Assembly: GCA_963627215.1 (NCBI GenBank) | Contig: CAVGAH010000001.1 | Location: 1 to 44,818 of the forward strand | Length of the DNA: 44,818 nucleotides | Direction of reading: 5' to 3' | Origin: a bacterium | GTDB lineage: Bacteria > Bacillota > Clostridia > Peptostreptococcales > Anaerovoracaceae | Part shown: positions 29,129-38,924 of the stretch, in pieces | Numbering within the stretch: the stretch's first letter is position 1 | Layout of the letters: every line of letters begins with the position of its first letter | Notes under the pieces: model-generated | What the model saw: the letters and a program-made list of their open reading frames with translations, nothing else | The model's database searches: none | What the model was told of the DNA's origin: nothing | Position numbers and translations under genes: made by a program

Positions 29129-29758
29129 TTACAGGTTAGTTACCTCTATCTGGCAGGACTGCATAGCGCCGAGCGCTCTTAAGTGGCTTTCCGGCGTAAC
29201 GCCCGCGCAGCACGCAGCGTCAACGATGACTGGCACCTCAGGCAGGAACGCCTTGAGCAGCATAGCATTTGAGATAACGCATATATCGGTGCAAAGCCCG
29301 ATGACTTCTATGCTTTCTATTATATCAGCCGTATCGTCAGCGTCTATGCCGTTTTCCGCGTCAGGCTCTGCGCGGTTCGCGCGCGCAAGTGCCTCGCCGA
29401 GCTCAACGCAGCCGAACGTCGGCTTGTTGAATATGCTCGGATCTATAGTGATCCTTACAGTGTCGTCATCATCGACGTAGCTCTCAGAAACTGCTTCAGC
29501 CTGCTGATCTGCCGCTTCCATTACTTCGACATTTATCTGCCATCCGTCAGTACCTTCGATGCAGTGCGGCACAGGCAGCTTTTCGCCTTCCTGCGTAGAC
29601 ATGTAGTTTTCCTTATGCGTATCGCGCGTCAGGACTACCAGCCCGTCAAATTCCTTTATCTTATTTACTACAGCAGGAACGACAGCTACGGCTTCCGGCG
29701 TGCCGAGTGCGCCGTCTATAAAATCATTCTGCATATCAACTACAACGAGAATCTTCAT
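29129..29758 (-). CDS. isochorismatase-family cysteine hydrolase (nicotinamidase/pyrazinamidase-like)
   Basis: Starts MKILVVVDMQNDF and has the catalytic Cys context IGLCTDICV. AGGTGG lies 5 nt before the ATG at 29758. Acidic insertions are present. Confidence 0.82.
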   Translation of the reverse strand: MKILVVVDMQNDFIDGALGTPEAVAVVPAVVNKIKEFDGLVVLTRDTHKENYMSTQEGEKLPVPHCIEGTDGWQINVEVMEAADQQAEAVSESYVDDDDTVRITIDPSIFNKPTFGCVELGEALARANRAEPDAENGIDADDTADIIESIEVIGLCTDICVISNAMLLKAFLPEVPVIVDAACCAGVTPESHLRALGAMQSCQIEVTNL

Positions 29759-29795
29759 ACTGACCACCTCATAAAAATATATTAAAAATGTTAAC

Positions 29796-30563
29796 TTATT
29801 CCTGACTATCCTTGCTGAACCTTACCTTACAATAGTAGATAGGATTTCCCTGTGATGAAAATTTCTGCTCGTATTCCGTCATGAAATTTTCTGTTTCGTA
29901 GCCGTTTGACTCGCCGTGCAGGTCTTCTGAGTATTCGAGCTTTTCGAGACCGTTTGCGTCGAATTCTTCTACTGAGAATCTGAAGAGCTTTTCATTATCC
30001 GTTTTAAACTCGAGGCAGCTTCCGTCCTTCAGGACTTCGCGGTAGCCGTTCAGGTAGCCTGTGTGCGTGAGTCTGCGCTTTGCGTGTCTGTCCTTTGGCC
30101 ACGGGTCGCTGAAATTCAGGTAAAGGCCTGACAGCTCGCCCTGCTCGAAGCAGTCTGTTACCGATCTCAAATACATATTTGCGAATATCAGATTAGGCGC
30201 TACGGCGTACACGCAGTCGTCTGCGTCTGTTGACCACAGGCTTTCGTCAAAATCGGATGTCGCTGCGGCTGCCTGCTCTTCGTTTACGGCAAATTCTTCT
30301 GCCGCGAGCTCGCGCGACGCTTTCTGGAGCGCTCTCAGCATTACGCTCCTGTTGCCTTCTACTGCGAGGAAATTGCGTTCGGGATGCGCCCTTGCTAGGG
30401 CGAGTATGAACTGACCCTTGCCGCAGCCGAGCTCCATATAAAGCGGCTGCTCAGCGGCAAACATTTCCTGCCAGCGGCCCTTCAGGGCTTTTGGATTTAT
30501 TTTTATACCTCCGTTGAACTCTGTGAGCTTTTCGTCGAGGTCTTTTAATTTTCTCTGTCTCAT
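29796..30563 (-). CDS. trmB: tRNA (guanine46-N7)-methyltransferase
   Basis: 255 aa with the SAM motif ELGCGKG and the LNFSDPWPKDRHAKRRL motif. An acidic insertion follows the SAM-binding region. Confidence 0.9.
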   Translation of the reverse strand: MRQRKLKDLDEKLTEFNGGIKINPKALKGRWQEMFAAEQPLYMELGCGKGQFILALARAHPERNFLAVEGNRSVMLRALQKASRELAAEEFAVNEEQAAAATSDFDESLWSTDADDCVYAVAPNLIFANMYLRSVTDCFEQGELSGLYLNFSDPWPKDRHAKRRLTHTGYLNGYREVLKDGSCLEFKTDNEKLFRFSVEEFDANGLEKLEYSEDLHGESNGYETENFMTEYEQKFSSQGNPIYYCKVRFSKDSQE

Positions 30564-30717
30564 TGTTTATTTTAAGCCTTTCAAGTATATTTTAGCCGAA
30601 TTGGTAATTTTATTATTTTATACTCATAACATGTGTATTTAGTTTTATTGCTATAGATTATTGCGTTGCTTGGCATCGTTTAATAACGATAGGCTATGCG
30701 GCGTATGCTATACCCTT

Positions 30718-31515
30718 CTATACGAACCTCATTACGAGAATAACGGCTGCAAAAGCCGCTATAACTGCATAACCAATGAGATCTCGCTTTTCGTACTTCA
30801 TCGGATGAAGCCTTGTCCTGCCGTTCCCGCCGCGGTAGCAACGTGCTTCCATCGCCATCGCGAGATCCTGCGCTATCCTGAACGCGCTCACGAAGAGCGG
30901 TATAAGTATAGGGATGAGCGCCTTTGCGCGCTGCATCAGGTTGCCGCTTTCAAAGTCAGCGCCGCGCGCCTGCTGCGCCTTCATTATTTTGTCTGTTTCC
31001 TCGAGCAGCGTCGGTATGAATCTCAGCGCTATCGACATCATCATCGCTATCTCGTGCGCCGGCAGCCCGAAGCGCGCGAACGGGCGCAGTATGGCTTCGA
31101 AGCCGTCTGTAAGCGCCATCGGTTTTGTCGTGTATGTCAGCAGCGATGTTCCTAATATCAGCAGCACGAGCCTCGCGGCTATGAACACCGCCTGATGCAG
31201 GCCTTCTTTTGTTATCTTAAGGAATCCAAGCTGCCATAATATAGTCCCTTTGTATAAAAATACATTTATGCAGAACGTAAACACGAGTATGAACATTATC
31301 GGCTTCATGCCGCGCATTATGAACTTGATCGGGATCCGTGAAGCCGCTATGAGCCCGGCAAGGCACAGTACGACAAATCCGAAACCCATGAAGTCCTTTA
31401 TGAGAAAAAGGAGTACCAGATAGGCGAATGTTCCTGTTATTTTAACACGCGGGTCGAGCCGGTGAATGACCGAATCTTTAGCGTAGTATTGTCCTAAGGT
31501 TATATCTCTTATCAT
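30718..31515 (-). CDS. ecfT: energy-coupling factor transporter transmembrane component EcfT
   Basis: 265 aa CbiQ/EcfT family with the MKAQQARGADF coupling-helix motif. It lies 6 nt downstream of the ecfA stop. Confidence 0.93.
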   Translation of the reverse strand: MIRDITLGQYYAKDSVIHRLDPRVKITGTFAYLVLLFLIKDFMGFGFVVLCLAGLIAASRIPIKFIMRGMKPIMFILVFTFCINVFLYKGTILWQLGFLKITKEGLHQAVFIAARLVLLILGTSLLTYTTKPMALTDGFEAILRPFARFGLPAHEIAMMMSIALRFIPTLLEETDKIMKAQQARGADFESGNLMQRAKALIPILIPLFVSAFRIAQDLAMAMEARCYRGGNGRTRLHPMKYEKRDLIGYAVIAAFAAVILVMRFV

Positions 31516-31521
31516 TTTAAT

Positions 31522-33411
31522 TTAATTTCCGGTTTTTCTCTTGTTTTTAATATATTCGACCACTGCGTCTGCGGCGGATTCTTCTGTTATCATGCCGACT
31601 TTGCCGATTTTTCCGCTGTTCATGTTGGAATTATTGCATTTGGAGTTACTATCGGCAGTCTGCGCTGCATCGTCTATTGGCGATTCACTGTATTTTTTCA
31701 GCGCCCACATGAGCTCTCCGCCTGCCGGCAGACCGAGCCCTATATTCTTCAGCAGCATGGCATGACTGAATACCTCCGACGGAGTACCTTGAAGTACAAG
31801 CCTTCCGCCGTGCATTACAAGTATATTATCGCACAGACGAGCCACATCGTCCATATTATGTGATACGAGTACCACAGAACATCCGCGCTCGCTGCGTATC
31901 TTTTCTATCATTTCAAGTATCTCTCGGTGCGCCTGCGGATCAAGTCCGGCTGTCGGCTCATCGAGTATGAGTACCTCCGGCTTCATTGCTATCACGCCCG
32001 CGATGGCAGCTCTTCTTTTCTGACCGCCCGACAGCTCAAACGGCGAGCGCTGCCCGTATTTTTCGTACGGCAGACCGACGAGCTCGAGCGCTTCTTTTAC
32101 TGCGTTGTCGATCTCAGACTCAGTCATTCCGAGGTTTTTCGGACCGAACGCGACATCTTTTACAACTGTTTCTTCAAAAAGCTGGTATTCAGGGTACTGG
32201 AAAACTAATCCTGTTTTTTTCCTGACATCACGGTCCGGCGCAGGGTCTATAGTGCCGGATGTCGGCTTGAGCAAGCCGTTTAAGTGCTGTATAAGTGTTG
32301 ATTTTCCTGAACCCGTGTGGCCTATTATGCCTGTGAAGCTGCCCGGCTGTATAGTAAATGAAACGTCATCAAGCGCTTTTGTTTCGTCCGGGCGGCCCGG
32401 GTTGTAGGTGTGGGTCAGGTTTTTTACGGTTACGGCGTGGGGTGTTAGTCGGGATATGGGGGCTGCAGCGGGTGGGTGGGTGGGTGGTGTTACCGCTGCG
32501 GCTGCGTTTGATGCTGCAGGCTCCGGCTCTGCCGGCTGTGGGACGCCTTGAGGCGTCGTAAGCGCGTCAGCGCCCGAAAGCCATTCGGCGAGCGCATTTA
32601 TCGTAAGTATTCCTGCAGGCACTTCAACGCCGCGTTTTCTCAATAGTTCTGCCATCCGCACGGCTGCAGGCACCTCAAGCCCTGCGTCTTTTATTATATC
32701 TGTCCTCGCAAACACCTCTGCAGGCGTTCCATCTGCTGCAATGCAGCCCTCTTTCATTATTATTATCCTGTCAGCGGCGCTCGCTTCTTCCATAAAATGG
32801 GTTATTAAAATAACAGTTATTTCCTCTTTATGCAGCCGACCGATTATCTTCATAACGTCATCGCGCCCCTTTGGGTCGAGCATCGCCGTCGGCTCGTCAA
32901 ATATGATACATTCCGGCTTCATCGCAATAACGCCCGCGATAGCGACGCGCTGCTTCTGCCCGCCCGATAGCATGGACGGAGCTTTCATCCGCTGCTCGTA
33001 TATCCCGGCGCTCTTCATCGCCGCGTCTATGCGCGTCCTTATCTCATCAGACGGCACTCCCAGATTCTCCGGTCCAAACGCCACATCGTCCTCGACTATC
33101 GCAGCGACAATCTGATTGTCAGGATTCTGAAATACCATCCCCGCAGTCTTTCGTATATCCCACACGAGCATGTCATCCGCCGTGTCCATATCAGCCACGA
33201 GAACGCGTCCGCCGCTCGGAACGTAGAGAGCGTTGAAGTTCTTGGCAAGCGTCGATTTGCCCGAACCGTTACGCCCCAGAATAGCTGTAAACGAGCCTTT
33301 TTCTATTTCCATATTAACGCCCGCAAGGGCAGTGATATCCTCACCGCCCTCTTCAAAAGCTTCATATTTAAATGTCAGATCCTCCGCACGAATGATCGAA
33401 TTTAAATCCAA
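31522..33411 (-). CDS. ecfA: fused ECF transporter ATPase EcfA1-EcfA2 (two ABC domains in one polypeptide)
   Basis: Two full ABC cassettes: GRNGSGKST / LSGGQKQR / IIFDEPT and GHTGSGKST / LSGGQKRR / LILDEPT. They are joined by a Pro/Ala-rich linker. I chose the TTG start at 33411 (GGAGG 6 nt upstream) over the ATG at 33462. Confidence 0.9.
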   Translation of the reverse strand: MDLNSIIRAEDLTFKYEAFEEGGEDITALAGVNMEIEKGSFTAILGRNGSGKSTLAKNFNALYVPSGGRVLVADMDTADDMLVWDIRKTAGMVFQNPDNQIVAAIVEDDVAFGPENLGVPSDEIRTRIDAAMKSAGIYEQRMKAPSMLSGGQKQRVAIAGVIAMKPECIIFDEPTAMLDPKGRDDVMKIIGRLHKEEITVILITHFMEEASAADRIIIMKEGCIAADGTPAEVFARTDIIKDAGLEVPAAVRMAELLRKRGVEVPAGILTINALAEWLSGADALTTPQGVPQPAEPEPAASNAAAAVTPPTHPPAAAPISRLTPHAVTVKNLTHTYNPGRPDETKALDDVSFTIQPGSFTGIIGHTGSGKSTLIQHLNGLLKPTSGTIDPAPDRDVRKKTGLVFQYPEYQLFEETVVKDVAFGPKNLGMTESEIDNAVKEALELVGLPYEKYGQRSPFELSGGQKRRAAIAGVIAMKPEVLILDEPTAGLDPQAHREILEMIEKIRSERGCSVVLVSHNMDDVARLCDNILVMHGGRLVLQGTPSEVFSHAMLLKNIGLGLPAGGELMWALKKYSESPIDDAAQTADSNSKCNNSNMNSGKIGKVGMITEESAADAVVEYIKNKRKTGN

Positions 33412-33515
33412 TTTAGACCTCCAAATAATAATATCAAATATTACGCGCGTCACCGCGCCCATGGGCGAGCAGGCTCGCGTCGTTTATTAAAATCAAATAC
33501 TTAACTATTAAATTA

Positions 33516-33800
33516 TTATTTATTCTCGTTTTCATCGATCATCTTCTGCTGCAGCTCACGGCTCACGCGCATCACATGACCATAGAGATCTCGCGCATAA
33601 TCGCCGTACTTCGCTCCTGCGAGTGCCTGCACACGGTCGAGCACAGCTTCCTCTCTGTCCTGTCTGAGGACAGGCATGTTGTTTTCTATTTTATAAGCGG
33701 CGACCTGCTTCACGAGATCCATACGCTTGCAGAAGACTGATATCAGCTCTCTGTCAGTTTCATCTATCTTTTTTCTTATCTCTTCAAGGACGAGTGCCAT
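33516..33800 (-). CDS. chorismate mutase (AroQ type)
   Basis: 94 aa with the LEEIRKKIDETDRELISVFCKRMDLVKQVAAYK pattern of AroQ helical-bundle mutases. It lies 3 nt after the aroC stop. Confidence 0.9.
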   Translation of the reverse strand: MALVLEEIRKKIDETDRELISVFCKRMDLVKQVAAYKIENNMPVLRQDREEAVLDRVQALAGAKYGDYARDLYGHVMRVSRELQQKMIDENENK

Positions 33801-33803
33801 ATG

Positions 33804-34892
33804 CTATTTTCCCTCCTCAAGAAGCATGTCCATTATCACTATCGCTGTAACGGCTTCAACTACAGGCACAGCGCGCACCGCCACGCATGGATCGTGTCTG
33901 CCCTTTACACCCATTTCAGCGTCTCTAAGCTCTCTGTAATCTATACTTTTCTGCGGCTTGCCTATTGAAGGAGTCGGCTTGAACGCCAGTCTCGCGGTAA
34001 CAGGCATGCCTGATGTTATTCCTCCGAGAACGCCACCGTGATTGTTTGTATAAGTTTTTACAGTGCCGTCCTCCGCCATGTAAAATTCATCGTTATTTTC
34101 GCTGCCGCGCATGCTTGCGACATCAAAGCCTGCGCCGAACTCCACGCCCTTTACCGCGGGTATACCGTAAAATCCGTAAGCCAGACGGCCCTCAACAGTA
34201 TCGAATATAGGGCTTCCGACGCCTGCAGGCAGACCTGTAACAGCCACCTCGACCACGCCTCCCACAGAATCAGCGTCAAGCATTGCGGCTTCTATCACAT
34301 CTCTTATTTTCTGTTCTGAAGCGTCGTTTATCACAGGGAACGACTTTTTACCCGGAGCAAGCAGCTCTTCAGGCGTTATGTTCACGCCGTCAAAGCTGTC
34401 GTCGCTCGCGTCTCCTACAGAAAGCAGATGCGCGCCTATATATATGCCGCGCTTCGCGAGATACTGCAGGCACAGACCGCCCGCAAATACCAGCGGCGCT
34501 GTGAGCCTTGCCGAGAAATGACCGCCGCCGCGCACGTCGTTAAATCCGTTGTATCTTACAAATCCTGTATAATCAGCGTGTCCCGGTCTTGCGACTGACG
34601 CTACATTTTTATAGTCGCCGGAATGCTGATCGTTATTTGCGATTACTGCCGCTATAGGCGTGCCGCATGTCGTGTTTCCCAGTATGCCCGAAAGCACTGT
34701 AGGCAGATCGCTCTCCTTGCGGGGAGTTGCAGTCTTGTCTCTGCCCGGAGCGCGCCTTTTCATAAACGCGAGCAGCGCATCCGTGTCTATTTCGACTCCC
34801 GCGGGGAATCCGTCTATAACGGCTCCGATGCCGTTCCCGTGCGATTCGCCGAATATCGAAACCTTTAACTTATTACCTATCTGTGATGACAT
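33804..34892 (-). CDS. aroC: chorismate synthase
   Basis: Contains FGESHG and GRHDPCVAVRAVPV. I chose the ATG at 34892 (GGAGGA 7 nt upstream), which overlaps the aroA 3' end by 20 nt. Confidence 0.95.
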   Translation of the reverse strand: MSSQIGNKLKVSIFGESHGNGIGAVIDGFPAGVEIDTDALLAFMKRRAPGRDKTATPRKESDLPTVLSGILGNTTCGTPIAAVIANNDQHSGDYKNVASVARPGHADYTGFVRYNGFNDVRGGGHFSARLTAPLVFAGGLCLQYLAKRGIYIGAHLLSVGDASDDSFDGVNITPEELLAPGKKSFPVINDASEQKIRDVIEAAMLDADSVGGVVEVAVTGLPAGVGSPIFDTVEGRLAYGFYGIPAVKGVEFGAGFDVASMRGSENNDEFYMAEDGTVKTYTNNHGGVLGGITSGMPVTARLAFKPTPSIGKPQKSIDYRELRDAEMGVKGRHDPCVAVRAVPVVEAVTAIVIMDMLLEEGK

Positions 34893-36237
34893 CTGCGCGT
34901 CCTCCAAGTCTTCTGTATTCATCAAAGAAATCAGGATAGCTCTTTGACACAGCCTCCGCGCCTCTGATTATCAACGGTTCTTCGCATATGAGCGCTGCTA
35001 TCGCCATAGACATTACTATGCGGTGGTCGTTGTAACCGCTGACCTCGCAGCCGCCCTTCAGGCTTCCGCCCGTTACTATAAGCTCTTCTTCCTTTTCCTC
35101 AACTACAGCGCCGAGACGAGTCAGACAGTCAGCCATAGCAGCCAGCCTGTCGCTTTCCTTTATCCTCAGCCTGCCCGCGTCAAGGAACCTCGTAACGCCG
35201 TCCGACTTAGTCGCTGCAACAGACAGTATAGGAACTATATCAGGAATATCTCTGCTGTCAACGTCAACGCCGTGCATCGAGCTTCCGTTTATTTTAAATG
35301 AACATAATTTTTCATACTCGCCGCCTTCAGCAATATTTTTCTGAAGCTCCGAATACGAAATATCATCGCAGTCTACGACGGCTCCCGCCGTCCCAAGTAT
35401 CGCAGCAGCCTTTCTGTCGCCCTGCGCGCTGTCAGACCTCAGACCTGTTATCTTAAGGTCAGAGCCGCACGCTGCAGCAGCCATCCAGAACGCCGCGTTA
35501 GAGTAATCGCCCTCTACTTCTGCGTCTTCCGCTTTATATTTCTGACCGCCCGGCACGCGGAAACCGTGATCTGTTTCTTCTATTATTATACCGAAATCTC
35601 TTACCATCTGGAGCGTCAGCGCTATATAGCTCGCTGACTCAAGAGTTCCCGTTATATGTATCTCGCTGTCGCCGTCGAGCATCGGCAGCGAGAATATCAG
35701 CCCTGAGATGTACTGTGAGCTTATATTCCCCGGTATAGTATAAACTCCCGGCTGCATCTTTCCTTTTATTGTAAACGGCAGCGAGTCCTTACCGTCAGGC
35801 CCGAACTCTACGCCCTTTTTCTTCATTTCATCTGCGAGCGGCGTCATAGGACGTTCAGGCAGCTTTCCTCTGCCCGTAAAATCGCATGAAACGCCGAGTG
35901 CCGCGGCTACAGGAAGTATGAACCGCAGAGTAGACCCGCTTTCTATGCAGTCAAGCAGCGGTCTGTTTTCGCCGTCCTGACCCGGATCCTGCGTTTTTGC
36001 TCGACCTCCAACGCCTGTTATCCTTACGTCGCGGCCTCCCTCAAGGCGCTCTATGACAGCGCCGAGCGCCTGCATGCATCCTATAGTCGCTTCCATGTCC
36101 TTTGAGCCCGATATGCCCTTTATAACGGAAGTTCCGTCCGAGAGCGCCGCGCATATAAGCGCTCTGTGCGCCATTGATTTAGAAGGCGGGGCCTTCACAA
36201 CGCCTGTCAGCTTTCCCGGCCATACTTTTACGTCCAT
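34873..36237 (-). CDS. aroA: 3-phosphoshikimate 1-carboxyvinyltransferase (EPSP synthase)
   Basis: 454 aa with PPSKSMAHRALI, KESDRLAAM and NDHRIVMSMAIA motifs. Confidence 0.96.
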   Translation of the reverse strand: MDVKVWPGKLTGVVKAPPSKSMAHRALICAALSDGTSVIKGISGSKDMEATIGCMQALGAVIERLEGGRDVRITGVGGRAKTQDPGQDGENRPLLDCIESGSTLRFILPVAAALGVSCDFTGRGKLPERPMTPLADEMKKKGVEFGPDGKDSLPFTIKGKMQPGVYTIPGNISSQYISGLIFSLPMLDGDSEIHITGTLESASYIALTLQMVRDFGIIIEETDHGFRVPGGQKYKAEDAEVEGDYSNAAFWMAAAACGSDLKITGLRSDSAQGDRKAAAILGTAGAVVDCDDISYSELQKNIAEGGEYEKLCSFKINGSSMHGVDVDSRDIPDIVPILSVAATKSDGVTRFLDAGRLRIKESDRLAAMADCLTRLGAVVEEKEEELIVTGGSLKGGCEVSGYNDHRIVMSMAIAALICEEPLIIRGAEAVSKSYPDFFDEYRRLGGRADVITDR

Positions 36238-36307
36238 TTATATTACCTCTTAATATTTCATAACCTCATATTGTATTCTGCATACGATACTTTAACGCTT
36301 TTATCCA

Positions 36308-37360
36308 TTATCGCATAATATCATACAGTTTTTCAAGGCTTACATCAAATGTATCTGCCAGACCGATCTCAGGAATGTACACAAGGCTTATGCTGCCGCC
36401 GCCTGCTTTTTTGTCTGAGGCTGCGAGCCTGCACAGCTCGTCGAGCGGAGCACCATATTCAGTGGCGAAGCCTTTTGACTTTATTACATTATAAAGCGCG
36501 TCATAAGTACCCGCCGCTGTCTTTCCCATACGCTCAAACGCCTTTGTTATCATGAGCATTCCGATCGCTACCGCCTTTCCGTGGCTTATGCCGAAATCAG
36601 AATACTTTTCGATGGCGTGAGCCATCGTATGTCCGAAATTCAGTATTTTGCGCAGTCCGGCTTCCTTTTCGTCAGCATCGACTACTTCGCCCTTTATCTG
36701 AACGCATCCTTCGACTATCTCCTCTGCCATAGCCATGATATCGCCGTCAGTAGCTTTTTGGAAAAGCGCAGCGTCGCGTATCGCGCCTGTTTTAAGTATC
36801 TCAGCTGTGCCGTCGAGTACCTGATCGTTTCCGAGAGTTGCAAACGTATCTGTATCGCACAGTACGAGCGACGGCTGCCAGAACGCTCCCACAAGATTCT
36901 TTCCCGCGTCTATGTCTACACCGGTTTTTCCCCCTACAGACGAGTCAACAGCAGCGAGCAGGCTCGTAGGGATCTGAACGAATTCTATTCCTCGCAAATA
37001 AACGGAAGCTGCAAATCCTCCCATATCTCCGGCGACCCCGCCGCCCAACGTGATGACCGCATCCCTTCTCGACAGATGATGCTCCGCCATAAAGTCTATA
37101 AATGAAGCAACTGTACTGAGATTTTTTGATCCTTCACCTGCGGGAAAAACGTATCTGTATGTTTTGAAGCCCGCGTCAGCCAGCTGTTTTTCTACTTTGT
37201 CTCCGTAAAGAGCGTTTACCGATGAATCCGTAAATAGTGCTACATTGTATGCGCGGAGCACCTCACGGATGCGTGCTCCCGCCTCAGAAAGCAGACTGCT
37301 TCCTATAACTACATCATATCCCTTACCGCCGTTTCCGGCGTTTATGTGTACATTTTTCAT
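36308..37360 (-). CDS. aroB: 3-dehydroquinate synthase
   Basis: 350 aa with GGGVAGDMGGFAA and the metal-binding GHTMAHAIE motif. Confidence 0.95.
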   Translation of the reverse strand: MKNVHINAGNGGKGYDVVIGSSLLSEAGARIREVLRAYNVALFTDSSVNALYGDKVEKQLADAGFKTYRYVFPAGEGSKNLSTVASFIDFMAEHHLSRRDAVITLGGGVAGDMGGFAASVYLRGIEFVQIPTSLLAAVDSSVGGKTGVDIDAGKNLVGAFWQPSLVLCDTDTFATLGNDQVLDGTAEILKTGAIRDAALFQKATDGDIMAMAEEIVEGCVQIKGEVVDADEKEAGLRKILNFGHTMAHAIEKYSDFGISHGKAVAIGMLMITKAFERMGKTAAGTYDALYNVIKSKGFATEYGAPLDELCRLAASDKKAGGGSISLVYIPEIGLADTFDVSLEKLYDIMR

Positions 37361-37411
37361 AGCTTTAAATTTCCCTGTAATTTTATGTAAATCATTTTAT
37401 TTTCTTAGACT

Positions 37412-37463
37412 ACCTGAAAACAGATAAAATTAATGGAGCTGCCGATATACAAGACAGCTCCAT
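37412..37463 (-). terminator. hairpin plus U-rich tract between aroF and aroB (partial terminator or processing site)
   Basis: 9-bp stem ATGGAGCTG(37433-37441)/CAGCTCCAT(37455-37463). The minus strand continues UAAUUUUAUCUGUUUUC. Confidence 0.45.
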
Positions 37464-37486
37464 GGTCCTATTACTATTTCAATTGT

Positions 37487-38500
37487 TTAGTTCATTTCTG
37501 TTTCCATGAAACGTCTGATCTTCTTGATTTTTTTCATTGTATTATCAAACTGTTCCGGTGTCAATGACTGCGGACCGTCGCAGAGAGCTTTTGCCGGATT
37601 GTTGTGAACTTCAATGATCAGACCGTCTGCGCCTGCAGCTACCGCTGCGATAGAAAGCGGCTCAACGTACTGTACAACGCCTGTAGCGTGGCTTGGGTCA
37701 ACGATTACAGGGAGGTGAGTCTTTTCCTTGAGTACAGGGATAGCCGAAAGATCGAGAGTGTTTCTCGTAGCAGTTTCAAATGTTCTTATACCCCTCTCGC
37801 AGAGGATAACGTTCTTATTGCCGCCTGCCATGATGTACTCAGCGCTCATGAGCCATTCTTCTATAGTGTTTGCAAGGCCGCGCTTAAGGAGCACAGGCTT
37901 GTCCTGCTTACCGAGCACCTTGAGGAGCTCGAAATTCTGCATGTTTCTCGCGCCTACCTGGATAACGTCTACATGGTCGAAGAACGGAAGATGAGCTGCG
38001 CTCATGATCTCAGTAACGATAGGCATGCCTGTAGCTTTCTTTGCCTTGAGAAGGAGTTCGATGCCCTCTGCTCTGAGGCCCTGGAATGCGTAAGGCGAAG
38101 TTCTTGGCTTGAAAGCGCCGCCGCGCATCATAGTAGCGCCTGACTTTTGTACAGCCTTGGCTACCTCTACCATCTGTTCTTCTGATTCAACTGAGCAAGG
38201 TCCTGCTATTACCTGGAAATTGCCGCCGCCTATCTTTATGCCATTAACGTCTACTACTGTAGGTTCCGGATGGAATTTCTTGTTTGCTGCCTTGTAAGGC
38301 TCCTGTATCCTCTTTACGTCCTCAACGAACGGGAATGAGAGTACCGCGTCCTGATCTACAGAAGTCGTATCGCCTACGAGACCGAGGATAGTCGTGTGCT
38401 CGCCCTTTGTAACTGAAACTGAAACGTTGTACGCATCGAGGTATTCTACGATATCCACGAGATTGCTTTCACTTGTTCCGTCCTTTAAGATAACTACCAT
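37487..38500 (-). CDS. aroF: 3-deoxy-7-phosphoheptulonate (DAHP) synthase, type I-beta, with N-terminal regulatory domain
   Basis: 337 aa with GPCSVES, KPRTSPY and VDPSHATG motifs. The extra N-terminal domain of about 70 aa is a ferredoxin-like domain, as in allosterically regulated I-beta DAHPS. Confidence 0.93.
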   Translation of the reverse strand: MVVILKDGTSESNLVDIVEYLDAYNVSVSVTKGEHTTILGLVGDTTSVDQDAVLSFPFVEDVKRIQEPYKAANKKFHPEPTVVDVNGIKIGGGNFQVIAGPCSVESEEQMVEVAKAVQKSGATMMRGGAFKPRTSPYAFQGLRAEGIELLLKAKKATGMPIVTEIMSAAHLPFFDHVDVIQVGARNMQNFELLKVLGKQDKPVLLKRGLANTIEEWLMSAEYIMAGGNKNVILCERGIRTFETATRNTLDLSAIPVLKEKTHLPVIVDPSHATGVVQYVEPLSIAAVAAGADGLIIEVHNNPAKALCDGPQSLTPEQFDNTMKKIKKIRRFMETEMN

Positions 38501-38570
38501 TTGTTTTTCCTCCTGAGTTTACATAATTTATGTCGTGTTCTAAATCAATAACTTATTAATGAATACCATC

Positions 38571-38636
38571 GTATGAATGCATCCGCCGGGCGGATAAATC
38601 ACTGCGATGCGGCGTCCCGGACGCCGATATTCATAC
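38571..38636 (-). promoter_or_regulatory. structured aroF leader segment: an 8-bp helix enclosing two 15-nt GC-rich palindromes
   Basis: GTATGAAT(38571-38578) pairs with ATTCATAC(38629-38636). Inside are ATCCGCC-G-GGCGGAT (38581-38595) and GGCGTCC-C-GGACGCC (38611-38625), each with perfect 7-nt arms. Confidence 0.45.
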
Positions 38637-38646
38637 ATTTACGGTT

Positions 38647-38680
38647 AAAAAAATCGCCATCCGGCTGACCGAATAGCGAT
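38647..38680 (-). terminator. strong intrinsic terminator (candidate attenuator) between the small aromatic-rich ORF and aroF
   Basis: Minus strand: AUCGCUAUUCGG-UCAG-CCGGAUGGCGAU (12 bp, two G-U pairs) followed directly by a U-run. Confidence 0.8.
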
Positions 38681-38714
38681 GATATTTTTCAATGAATTTA
38701 TCTTCTGATGCTCC

Positions 38715-38864
38715 TTACGCTGTCGTCGATTCGGTAAGCTTATATTCTTTTTTAAGTGAACGCCAAAAATAGCCTGCAAAGTAAGTAAACAGACCTGTAA
38801 AGCTACCAAAATAAAAATAAAAGCTGTTTGAATCAAAAATTGAAAGTGAAGTTAACGATCTCAT
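38715..38864 (-). CDS. 49-codon aromatic-rich small ORF: candidate aro-operon leader peptide (alternative: small membrane protein)
   Basis: GGAGGA lies 7 nt before the ATG. The product is MRSLTSLSIFDSNSFYFYFGSFTGLFTYFAGYFWRSLKKEYKLTESTTA, with 8 Phe (all TTT), 5 Tyr and 1 Trp. It is not in the supplied ORF track because it is under 60 aa. Confidence 0.55.
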   Translation of the reverse strand: MRSLTSLSIFDSNSFYFYFGSFTGLFTYFAGYFWRSLKKEYKLTESTTA

Positions 38865-38924
38865 CGTTGCATCCTCCGATAATTTGCTGCCTGCCTCGTT
38901 AAAGCATGGCTAACTGTTAGGAAC

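Noticed and set aside
38645-38836. 63-aa ORF from the supplied track (MIQTAFIFILVALQ...) in the aroF upstream region
   Set aside because: It has no SD and runs through the intrinsic terminator hairpin and U-tract. The overlapping 49-codon frame (38715..38864) has a GGAGGA SD, sits correctly between the promoter and the terminator, and stops before the hairpin.
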